64,000 nt of DNA from Nitrospinaceae bacterium. Lineage in GTDB: Bacteria; Nitrospinota; Nitrospinia; Nitrospinales; Nitrospinaceae. Shown piece by piece: positions 8,710 to 17,045 of this stretch (position 1 is its first letter; the number at the start of each line of letters is the position of its first letter). The translations under genes were made by a program, and so were the position numbers. The stretch is from NCBI GenBank assembly GCA_965223665.1, contig OZ245011.1, positions 576,001-640,000 of the forward strand, given 5' to 3'. Below the pieces are notes generated by a model. It was not told the DNA's origin, did not search any database, and was given only the letters and a program-made list of their open reading frames with translations.

Positions 8710-10164
8710 GTGGATAAAATATACCAATATATAGATTTATTTGATGACGATTTATACGATCCTGAAGAATATATTAAAAATAATTCTTCTTATAGTGAGT
8801 TGGTTAACACTATTCGGTTGCAGGTATTAATTTCAATCCTTTTTAATAAACAAATAGTTGTCCCGGAGCAATGGGCAACCTCTTCATCATCGTTTATGCA
8901 TGTGGCTGATGAAGTTATAAGGGGATATCAAAATGAAGTTTCCCTTAGGGTTTCTCGCTCGGAAATAAAAAGAAAAAGAATTCCACCTCCATTTGTTATT
9001 GCATTTCATAAGCAAAATGAATTTAACCAAGATTTTTATGCGAATTCGATAATTTCTCGAATTGACTCTGGGAGTCGAATACGCATTTGTTCAAGTACTC
9101 ATGATAAAAACTCTAATTCATATTCTATTTCAAGGGAAAGATTAAGAAATATCTATGTTGAGCAGGATAATATTCACGATCTTGAAAGTAAATATGGCGA
9201 TAAATTTGTTGATGAACTTGCAAGATGCATTGGATGTGATGAAACAGCAATTAGAATGCAAACTTTAGCGAAATATTTATTAAACTCTAGAAATACTTTT
9301 TTTGAGTTTTTTCCAAGCAATTATCGCCAAGATTTAGCCAGTTATACAGGGAATGTAAAAAGAGTTTGTTTTGAGGATCAAGTAGTTGCTTCGTATAATG
9401 ACGAAAGAATTGAGGAGTTTAAAGAGTTTTTTTTAAAGGCTGCAGAAAAGAATATTGGACTAAGTCAGCTTAATCAGCTTTGGGAGGAATCAAAAAGTTT
9501 TTCAGAAAAGTCTTTTAATTTGATAACTAAAATGGGTCGTTATTGCATGCACCGTGCTTTAGCTGTAAATATTAAAGCGAGTTATAGTAGTACATTTTAT
9601 GGTTCTTTTGGTTCCAATGGGAGAGATAGTTTTGATGAGTTTATTATTGATAGAATGAGAAAGCTAGAAATTAATCTTACTAAACCTAATAAAATAGAAA
9701 GAGACTTCAGTTTTATTGCTAATGAAAATACCCAAAATTATGATCTTGGAGATAGAGTTTATTGGCCTGAAGTGTGGGGACAAGTGGGTGCATTTTCAGT
9801 AAGTAATGAATGGCAGCAATTATTAAAGGAACTTAGGGAGGAGTTGAATGAAATGCCTCTTGAAAAAGTCCATGAAGCTAAGACATGGCGTGGTATTTTT
9901 GATCGAATAAATGGGAAGATCACAGATTTTACATTTAAACAGTCCAAAAGCAATCCAACTAGCGTTGAGGTGATAATGAATAGGGCTGGAGATACTCAAA
10001 CTGCTTCAAAAGGACTTTCCGTGGTTGAGCCTACTATTTTTGCTCCGTTTGGAATGTTGGCGGCTTTGGCAAAGGCTAGCGTTAAGTATGTTCCCTTTAA
10101 GTATGAACTAAAATTGACAAGAGCATATAGAAAAGCAAAGCAAATATTTTCTAAAGAAAATTAA
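8710..10164 (+). CDS. Hypothetical protein directly downstream of the HEPN gene
   Basis: ~485-codon ORF; GAGG RBS favours GTG 8710; no motif recognised. Confidence 0.65.
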   Translation: MDKIYQYIDLFDDDLYDPEEYIKNNSSYSELVNTIRLQVLISILFNKQIVVPEQWATSSSSFMHVADEVIRGYQNEVSLRVSRSEIKRKRIPPPFVIAFHKQNEFNQDFYANSIISRIDSGSRIRICSSTHDKNSNSYSISRERLRNIYVEQDNIHDLESKYGDKFVDELARCIGCDETAIRMQTLAKYLLNSRNTFFEFFPSNYRQDLASYTGNVKRVCFEDQVVASYNDERIEEFKEFFLKAAEKNIGLSQLNQLWEESKSFSEKSFNLITKMGRYCMHRALAVNIKASYSSTFYGSFGSNGRDSFDEFIIDRMRKLEINLTKPNKIERDFSFIANENTQNYDLGDRVYWPEVWGQVGAFSVSNEWQQLLKELREELNEMPLEKVHEAKTWRGIFDRINGKITDFTFKQSKSNPTSVEVIMNRAGDTQTASKGLSVVEPTIFAPFGMLAALAKASVKYVPFKYELKLTRAYRKAKQIFSKEN

Positions 10165-10367
10165 TATAGGGTTCCATTAACTATAATGGATTTACTACGT
10201 TTTTTATTTCTATACTTCAATCCTCACTATAAAACTAAATAAACCTCAGAAGTATTTATTTAAATTATTTTTAATTTTCACTTAATCCTCCTTTCATATT
10301 GCACTGCTATCCTTTTTAGTAAGTTATAAAACTTCAAGTAATCAATATCTTCCTAAAGGAGAATAGT

Positions 10368-10622
10368 ATGCATACCACTCCAATATCAACTCCAACAGGC
10401 ATTATTGGGGGAGCGATTATGGGTGAATTAACTCAAACGATTGTCGAGGAATTTACTGATGATGAGTTGATACTAAAAATATCAGCAGGTTTAGGTCATT
10501 ATTTCGGACACTCTGTGACTTCATACGTAGTAAATATTTCTGGTTTCGATCCATTGGGAGGTATTTTTAATACAGGGACTGCAGCTGTTGGAGGTTTAAT
10601 TCATGGAATCTTGGCGGAATAA
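10368..10622 (+). CDS. Small Gly-rich hydrophobic protein
   Basis: Strong AAGGAG RBS; GxxxG-rich segments at both ends. Confidence 0.6.
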   Translation: MHTTPISTPTGIIGGAIMGELTQTIVEEFTDDELILKISAGLGHYFGHSVTSYVVNISGFDPLGGIFNTGTAAVGGLIHGILAE

Positions 10623-10662
10623 TCTAGTGCTTTTTCAATTTCTTCAAGAAAAGGATTATCAA

Positions 10663-11871
10663 TTAACTAATGTTGTTTGTTTTTTGGGAGGATTGCTGTT
10701 TAATCCGATACCGAAAATTAATTTCAACCTCTAATAGATCCTTTTGGATTTCTTTAGGAATGGATGCCAACGGGTTGGCATTTTCTATTGCTTGAATTGC
10801 TAATTTTTCTAACTGGTAAATTTCTGAGCCTTGTATGATTTGTATATTTTTTATTTTTCCATTTGATAATACTGAGAAGGAAAGCTTAACTTCTCCTTCT
10901 ACACCTCCCACGGGGTCTTGCCATTGCTGAAGTACTTTACTCTGGATTTCTAGTGCGTAATTCTTAAGCGACTCAGATTCTGGAAACACTTCAGGAGATT
11001 GATCTATCTCATTTAAGGTTTTTAGTTTTATTTCATTTTTGCTAATTGATTTGGTAGGTGAAAGAGGCAGATCGTCTTCATTTTTAAAGGTAAATTCTTC
11101 GATTTTAGGTATTTTGTTAAAAACAAATTTATTTTGTGAATTGCCAATTTGAAACAAATTCTTTTCAATGGAGCGCTTTTTAGAATTAACAAAACCATCA
11201 TTTTTCCTAGAAAGCGTTTCTAATATAATTAAACTTTCTTTGGCTTTTTTAAATTGCCCTGACTCCGTTAACCGATATATATTCAGCTTTAGAGCTTGTC
11301 TATAGTTATTTTTTATTTTTTTATTCGAGGGTTTTAGTTTATAGGCAATAGCAAGCTCTCTAATTGAATCCAACAATTTATTCTGATTGTAATAAGCTTG
11401 GCCTAAATTATTACGGGCTTGGTATGAGTTGGGATGTTTTTCCAGAAAACGAATCCAAAGTTTTTCTGCTTTAGAATAATTACGGTTTTTTTGTTCAGTT
11501 AATGCATTGGAAAATTCCGTTTTAGTTTTTTCACGACCATTTCCTAAACTATAACTAGGCGTTGATTTAAAGTAATTCCTGCTAGGTAAACCATAAGGAA
11601 TTTTAGTCCCTTTTTTACCTGTATATGGGTTATAGTTTCCTTTTGTTGACCAGTTATTATAAATATTACCGTCTGGTCTACTACGATAATGAGGCCTTAC
11701 ATAGGTTCCATCTTTTCTGTAATAACCTCTTACCCGAACACTTCCCCCCGCCCAAGACAAATCTTGCCAAATAAAAATGACTAATAAGAAAAAAATAAAG
11801 CATTTTATAAGCGAAGCCCATTTAGGTAGGCTTGACCTGAAGCTAGAATATTTTATAGACCCGTATGTCAT
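10663..11871 (-). CDS. Exported protein with basic YYRKDGTYV motif, TPR repeats and TonB C-terminal domain
   Basis: VRGYYRKDGTYVRPHYRSRPDG...NPYTGKKGT; TPR ARNNLGQAYYNQ; TonB_C-like W..P....G.V.LSF.V..NG.I..IQI..GS....L...AIQAIENA.P. Start moved to ATG 11871 to avoid overlapping the divergent gene. Confidence 0.7.
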   Translation of the reverse strand: MTYGSIKYSSFRSSLPKWASLIKCFIFFLLVIFIWQDLSWAGGSVRVRGYYRKDGTYVRPHYRSRPDGNIYNNWSTKGNYNPYTGKKGTKIPYGLPSRNYFKSTPSYSLGNGREKTKTEFSNALTEQKNRNYSKAEKLWIRFLEKHPNSYQARNNLGQAYYNQNKLLDSIRELAIAYKLKPSNKKIKNNYRQALKLNIYRLTESGQFKKAKESLIILETLSRKNDGFVNSKKRSIEKNLFQIGNSQNKFVFNKIPKIEEFTFKNEDDLPLSPTKSISKNEIKLKTLNEIDQSPEVFPESESLKNYALEIQSKVLQQWQDPVGGVEGEVKLSFSVLSNGKIKNIQIIQGSEIYQLEKLAIQAIENANPLASIPKEIQKDLLEVEINFRYRIKQQSSQKTNNIS

Positions 11872-11988
11872 AAAAACATTCCATGGGAAAGATTTGTTTC
11901 GAGAATAAAAGGATTCTACTGAAATTTGACATTTTTGGCAAGAAGGAATAAATTTGGTTATCTGAAATTGCAATGAGGAGGAATTGCT

Positions 11989-12294
11989 ATGATAAAGCTT
12001 ATATTTTCTCTTATATTGATTCATACCCTTTCTGTTGTTGCATATTCACACCCTGGAAGGACTGCTTCAGATGGTTGTCATTATTGTCGAACCAATTGCG
12101 AAAAGTGGGGAGTTCCTAGGGGAGTCAGGCATTGCCATGGTGGCAAAGAGCAAATTCTTCAAAAGGTTAAAGAAATTCAAATAAAAGAAAAGGCTCAAAA
12201 CTTCAAAAACAAAAATAAAATTCAGATTCATAAAATAAAATCAACAATCCCATTAATCAAAAATACCAAATCCCTTACTAAAACTAAACCATGA
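11989..12294 (+). CDS. YHYH-domain exported protein
   Basis: Signal peptide then HPGRTASDGCH...RHCH; GAGGAGG RBS. Confidence 0.75.
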   Translation: MIKLIFSLILIHTLSVVAYSHPGRTASDGCHYCRTNCEKWGVPRGVRHCHGGKEQILQKVKEIQIKEKAQNFKNKNKIQIHKIKSTIPLIKNTKSLTKTKP

Positions 12295-13295
12295 ATATAA
12301 AACGACTTTTCACCGTTGTATGTCTAATTACCATTGTTTTAATTTTTTCGATAGCTAATATTTCTGGTGCTTGTAACAAACCCAGTGGCATACCCCAATT
12401 TGACTTAGACTCTTATTACCAATCAGCCATTGGGAAAACAGGTGATTTACTGAAATCCGAGTTAAATAAAATTATTAAGAAACATCATAGGCATTCTTAT
12501 AGTTGCGTGTGGAACATTCTTAGAGAATCGGATGAAGATCCCGATAACCCAGACAATGTAATCCTTTTATACACTGGGCGAAGTCAGGATAAGTCCAGAA
12601 GAGATCAAGGCGGTAATGATCAAAACGCTTGGAACAGAGAGCATGTTTGGGCTAAATCCCATGGGTTTAAAAGTAAAGGTCAACACGCCCATACAGATGC
12701 GCATCATTTAAGACCAACAGATAAGTCTGTTAATGCAGATAGAGGTAATAAGGATTTTGCTAATGGTGGTTCATCTCATAATGAATGTATTGGATGTAAA
12801 TCTACCTCAATTACTTGGGAGCCTCCTGATTCTGTTAAGGGAGACGTTGCTCGAATGATGTTTTATATGGTGGTTAGATATGAAGGGGAAGACCAATCTA
12901 GTACACCAGATTTAGAGCTTGTTGAAAGGTCAACGTTCGTAGGGTCTCCACGTTTTGGAAAGCTATGTGATTTGTACGGATGGCATAAGCAAGATCAAGT
13001 GAGCGATTGGGAAAAAAATAGAAACTCTGTTGTTTACTCTTGGCAAGGAAACCGCAATCCATTTATTGATCACCCAGAGTTTGTTCAGGCGATTTGGGGT
13101 GAAAAGTGTCAGGACACAGATCCTATTCCCCCTCCAGTTGAGCCTGATCCAGAGATCCCAGAACCAGAGGTTCCTCAACCTATACCTGACAATCCGGAAC
13201 CGGAGGAGCCAAATCCGACTGATAAAGAAAAGTTAGATGGAATTATTAAATCTTTAGAAGAAATTCTTAAGGAACTTCGTGAGCTGAGGGAATAA
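12291..13295 (+). CDS. Exported endonuclease I family (Bsn-like) nuclease with Pro/Glu-rich tail
   Basis: WNREHVWAKSHG, DAHHLRPTD..VN..RGNKDF, KGDVARMMFYM, QGNRNPFIDHPE. Confidence 0.92.
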   Translation: MNIKRLFTVVCLITIVLIFSIANISGACNKPSGIPQFDLDSYYQSAIGKTGDLLKSELNKIIKKHHRHSYSCVWNILRESDEDPDNPDNVILLYTGRSQDKSRRDQGGNDQNAWNREHVWAKSHGFKSKGQHAHTDAHHLRPTDKSVNADRGNKDFANGGSSHNECIGCKSTSITWEPPDSVKGDVARMMFYMVVRYEGEDQSSTPDLELVERSTFVGSPRFGKLCDLYGWHKQDQVSDWEKNRNSVVYSWQGNRNPFIDHPEFVQAIWGEKCQDTDPIPPPVEPDPEIPEPEVPQPIPDNPEPEEPNPTDKEKLDGIIKSLEEILKELRELRE

Positions 13296-13297
13296 CC

Positions 13298-13486
13298 ATG
13301 GCCATCTTTGAACCGTACCGGTGCCACAAATGCTTTGAGGAAATTACTTTAGTCCAACCACAAGCAAAGGATGGTGAGCCAAAGGGTAAGGCAAAGGTTG
13401 AATGTGTGTTTTGCGGATGGCATCAGGAGTTTCAATTATATAACGCTCAACCCAATGAGGAAAGAACTAATGGCGAAGAAAAGTAA
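13298..13486 (+). CDS. Small zinc-ribbon protein
   Basis: CHKC...CVFC; GAGGG RBS; starts 2 bp after upstream stop. Confidence 0.6.
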   Translation: MAIFEPYRCHKCFEEITLVQPQAKDGEPKGKAKVECVFCGWHQEFQLYNAQPNEERTNGEEK

Positions 13487-13643
13487 TGGCGGCAACCGAG
13501 AAGAAGTTCCTTTAGAGAAAATTGTGATTTCAAATATGTACAGTATTGAAGGAATCATTAATTTACTTGTTGATAAAGGGATTCTAACTAGAGAAGAAGT
13601 ATTGAAGGAGATGGAGCGGGTTGTGAAGGAGAGGGGTAAGTGA
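13470..13643 (+). CDS. Small helical hypothetical protein (57 aa)
   Basis: MAKKSNGGNREEVPLEKIVISNMYSIEGIINLLVDKGILTREEV...; overlaps both neighbours. Confidence 0.6.
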   Translation: MAKKSNGGNREEVPLEKIVISNMYSIEGIINLLVDKGILTREEVLKEMERVVKERGK

Positions 13644-14734
13644 ACGTTGTTTTTATTTTAGGTGCAGGCGCATCAAGAGACGCTGGCGGCCCCTTGATGC
13701 AGGATTTTCTTGATGTTGCCGAGGAAGTTGCTAGAGTCCGTTTAAAAGGTGAAAAATACAAGGAGCTTTTTGAAAATGTTTTTCAATCCAGAGCAGAATT
13801 AAGAACCGTTCATTCAAAATCATATTTAGACTTAGATAACATAGAAAGCATTTTCGGTGCAATTGAAATGGGAGCGATTATTGAGAAATTTGGAATGAAA
13901 ACAGTAAACCAAATAAGTGAATTGCGAGAATCAATAATTACCCTTATTTATAAAACCCTCGAATATAGCATTGAGTTTCCCATCGAGAGCGAGCGAGTTT
14001 CTCCCCCTCAACCCTATGAAGACTTTATAGAGATTCTTAAATCCCACCGGGGGACAATTGGGTCAGTTTCAGAGACAAAATATTCTTTTATAACATTTAA
14101 TTATGATGTTTGTTTGGAATACGCTCTTTTTAAAAGTGGTATAGGCTTTGACTACAATCTACCAAAAATTTTAGGAAACGGACCACCATTATTAAAACTT
14201 CATGGTTCTTTAAATTGGGGGAGATGCGATGAATGTAAAAATATTGTCCCATTTCAAGTGAAAGATATTCCATTCCCCGAATTTTTACCGGAGAAATCTT
14301 ATTTTTTAGATATGGGATCAAATTTAAGTTTAGTGAAATGCGCTGATGATAACAAAAATATCCAAGGGCCACCTATTTTGGTTCCACCCGCTTGGGAAAA
14401 AACACATTATCAAAAAAGTCTTTCTCCGGTTTGGGCTAGAGCCGCTAAATGTCTAGGAGATGCAAATAAAATAATTATTATTGGTTATTCTATGCCTGAA
14501 ACAGATTCCTTTTTTAAATATCTATTTGCTCTAGGGACTGATAGCAAAACTCACTTAAAAAATGTTTTGGTTATAAATCCAGACAATAGTGGAGATACGA
14601 AAAATAGATTTGAAAAACTATTTGGCCCAGGGTTAAGAAACAGAATTAAATTTAAAGAGAAAACTTTTAAAGAGGCGGTTGATAATAATTTAATTGAAGA
14701 TGAGCTTAAAAGAAAATTTGAAACAGATGGATAA
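13640..14734 (+). CDS. SIR2-like (SIR2_2) domain protein, putative NADase defence effector
   Basis: VFILGAGAS, ITFNYD, LKLHGS, IIIGYSMP..D motifs; CDEC insert. Confidence 0.85.
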   Translation: MNVVFILGAGASRDAGGPLMQDFLDVAEEVARVRLKGEKYKELFENVFQSRAELRTVHSKSYLDLDNIESIFGAIEMGAIIEKFGMKTVNQISELRESIITLIYKTLEYSIEFPIESERVSPPQPYEDFIEILKSHRGTIGSVSETKYSFITFNYDVCLEYALFKSGIGFDYNLPKILGNGPPLLKLHGSLNWGRCDECKNIVPFQVKDIPFPEFLPEKSYFLDMGSNLSLVKCADDNKNIQGPPILVPPAWEKTHYQKSLSPVWARAAKCLGDANKIIIIGYSMPETDSFFKYLFALGTDSKTHLKNVLVINPDNSGDTKNRFEKLFGPGLRNRIKFKEKTFKEAVDNNLIEDELKRKFETDG

Positions 14735-14771
14735 CGGCGGCGACCGAGAATTAGAAAAGATAATAATCTGA
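14727..14771 (+). pseudogene. Degenerate fragment of the 5' end of the 13470-13643 gene
   Basis: MDNGGDRELEKIII* vs SNGGNREEVPLEKIVI; DNA aacggcggcgaccgagaa vs aatggcggcaaccgagaa. Confidence 0.55.
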
Positions 14772-14793
14772 GATTGTTTTTATTTGGGTTCTT

Positions 14794-15039
14794 ATGGCAC
14801 TTATTATATCTGGAATGTTAAGTTTTTTTTTAGCTGGATGGTTCCTCATTTATTTTCAAAAATATTTTAATAGAACAGAATTTGGCGAAGGAGCTATGGG
14901 GTTTATTTTTTTATTTATTGTTTGGCCGTTAATTGCGTTTGCCTTACTTTGGATACTTTCAGAATTTGGTTTTGAAGTTCCAGATATTCCCTACCAACAC
15001 GAATGCAACCAAGCAGGACCTTTTGCGACGGATTGCTAA
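14794..15039 (+). CDS. Small two-TM membrane protein
   Basis: Two hydrophobic segments; C-terminal C...C. Confidence 0.5.
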   Translation: MALIISGMLSFFLAGWFLIYFQKYFNRTEFGEGAMGFIFLFIVWPLIAFALLWILSEFGFEVPDIPYQHECNQAGPFATDC

Positions 15040-15081
15040 ATTATTAAAAAGAAAAAAATACAAGAATAAACAATAAATATA

Positions 15082-16008
15082 CTATTGAGCATGATCCCCG
15101 TTAACATCAAAGCACCAAGTCCGAACATTGTATTGACCTGTATTTTCCATAGGTTTTTTCCAAAGGCAAGTCACACCAGATATTCCGTCAATACCCGAAT
15201 GAAATGGATTCATAGAATTTCCAGCTTGATTAAGTGTTCCATTGAGGTCCCCCGCGCAAACACCAGCAATGGCAATATCTTCCTCATCATCACAAGCACA
15301 ATATTTACCTACAATATCTTTGCCTTCTTGACCATAAATTTCACAGTATTTAAAGTATAAATTTGTCTTGTTCAATGCAGTATTATTGGGATTGGATGAA
15401 TAGATAACTTCCAATTTTGGCCGGAATTCCCCTGATTCACTAGAGTTCATTTCTATCCCATTATTTGTTCCTCCTGTTCGGATAGCCACCCCATTATTAG
15501 GAATCAATCCGTTCACCCAACCCTGAACAATGGCAACACCTGCGGCATTTAAATTAATAGTAACTTGACCGAAGCTGAATGGAGGTATGATGCCCAAAAT
15601 ATTACTGGTATTTAAATCATTCCAGGTGGCCGTCCCCTCTGACCAAGGGTTATGCTGGGTTAAAATTTTATAAGTCCCAGAACTTGCATCGATAAAATCA
15701 AATGTGATAGAAGCAGCGGTTACCACCGCAGTTGCAGGAATAGCTGAAACATCCCACTGCACTAAGGACGCAACCTCCCCATACTGTCCGCTATTAGAAT
15801 CAAATTGAACTCCGTCGGCTTTTAGTTCTTCCTCAGTTCCAAAGTTTAAGGTTAGCGAGCGTTCCACTAAATAACTGTCTTGAGTTCCGGAATAACTACT
15901 ATCTGGCATTGAGCCATCTTGAAAAGAGGTTGTTATTGCTAACGCTGGAAAGCTAAATAATAATGAAACAATACATATGGCAATGAATAAACAGACAGAT
16001 TCCCTAAT
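15082..16008 (-). CDS. Second exported DNRLRE-domain protein with Cys-rich C-terminal domain; apparent ATT start
   Basis: Strong similarity to 5738-7069 (ADGV...GEVA.L.QWDVS.IP.TA.V.AAS; VQGWVNG.IPNNG.AIR.GT); in-frame signal peptide ending PALA upstream of ATG 15909, preceded by AAGGGGGA RBS and ATT. Confidence 0.72.
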   Translation of the reverse strand: MRESVCLFIAICIVSLLFSFPALAITTSFQDGSMPDSSYSGTQDSYLVERSLTLNFGTEEELKADGVQFDSNSGQYGEVASLVQWDVSAIPATAVVTAASITFDFIDASSGTYKILTQHNPWSEGTATWNDLNTSNILGIIPPFSFGQVTINLNAAGVAIVQGWVNGLIPNNGVAIRTGGTNNGIEMNSSESGEFRPKLEVIYSSNPNNTALNKTNLYFKYCEIYGQEGKDIVGKYCACDDEEDIAIAGVCAGDLNGTLNQAGNSMNPFHSGIDGISGVTCLWKKPMENTGQYNVRTWCFDVNGDHAQ

Positions 16009-16048
16009 GACTTCCCCCTTAATTCGAATTTTTGGATAATATGAGTGA

Positions 16049-16077
16049 ATCTTAAACCAGGAAGCCTAAATTGTCTA
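16049..16077 (-). promoter_or_regulatory. Sigma70-type promoter for the second DNRLRE gene
   Basis: TAGACA-17 bp-TAAGAT on the minus strand. Confidence 0.5.
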
Positions 16078-16383
16078 TTTGGACTTTGATAGGTAGTATT
16101 TCTGTCAGTTTGGTCGGTGTGCGCCTATAGGCATTTATATTGAAAATTAGTTTAAATGTTAAATTGTCATTCCAATCATTAACACCAAAGTTAATATTCC
16201 TAGAATCGGAATAATTACTAGACTTCTAAAATGAGGGTCTAGAAATTTGGGGATTGCAAAAATGATTGCAAAAAATGTTAGTGCAAACCAACGAAGGTCT
16301 TATCATTAATCCCCCTTTCTTTTCTCAAAAATATAACAATAAAGGAAAGAAGGAAAAGCCTCCAAAATAAATAATAAAGTTTT

Positions 16384-16923
16384 TCATTTTTTAATTGGTA
16401 TATTGAAGGCTTCTGAAATTGCTTTGTCCGCACCTTCCAAAGAAAATTCAGTATGCTTATACCCCCCAGTTGGCAAAAAATAACGAAATAAGATTTTTTT
16501 CCCATTCATTAATCTTTTTATAGTTGATTCTTCACCCCATTCCTTTTCCGGTTTTCCATGCCAGACAATGAAATTGACCCATTTTGGTTCCCATTGATAG
16601 AAGATAGTTCCCATTTTCCTCAAAGCGTGCTGAATATCTTTTAAACCTTCCATATCGCTGGGCTTGTGTTTATCAATGCGAAAAATTGGCAATCTTTTAT
16701 GAGAAATCTGATCAGAGTTTCCTTCTGATAATCTAAAATTTCCAAAAACCCTACCATCATCGGCTCTAAATAAGGAGAACTTATGATCGGAATCATTAGA
16801 AATATAGGCAGTTTTAGTTTCCTTGTCAGTCATTAAGTCAGTATCAACTTTAACCTGCCACTGAGCGCTAGAGCTTTTTACTTGAATAAGAAAAATAAGA
16901 AAAACTAACAATGATCGCAACAT
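16384..16923 (-). CDS. Exported hypothetical protein
   Basis: Signal peptide then QWQVKVDTDLMTD..., ending EFSLEGADKAI; no firm family call. Confidence 0.65.
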   Translation of the reverse strand: MLRSLLVFLIFLIQVKSSSAQWQVKVDTDLMTDKETKTAYISNDSDHKFSLFRADDGRVFGNFRLSEGNSDQISHKRLPIFRIDKHKPSDMEGLKDIQHALRKMGTIFYQWEPKWVNFIVWHGKPEKEWGEESTIKRLMNGKKILFRYFLPTGGYKHTEFSLEGADKAISEAFNIPIKK

Positions 16924-17045
16924 AAATATATTTAATACTTTTTAATAATATTTTAAAGAAGTCTTTTCTAATCGCCTTAAAAACCCAATAAAAAGAAATA
17001 CCTATGGTGACCAACCCCGAAGTTTAGTCCAGTGGTGTTACAGTC

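Noticed and set aside
11872-12024. Extended 5' end of the 10663-12024 ORF
   Set aside because: Overlaps the divergent YHYH gene and places the hydrophobic signal too far from the start; ATG 11871 preferred
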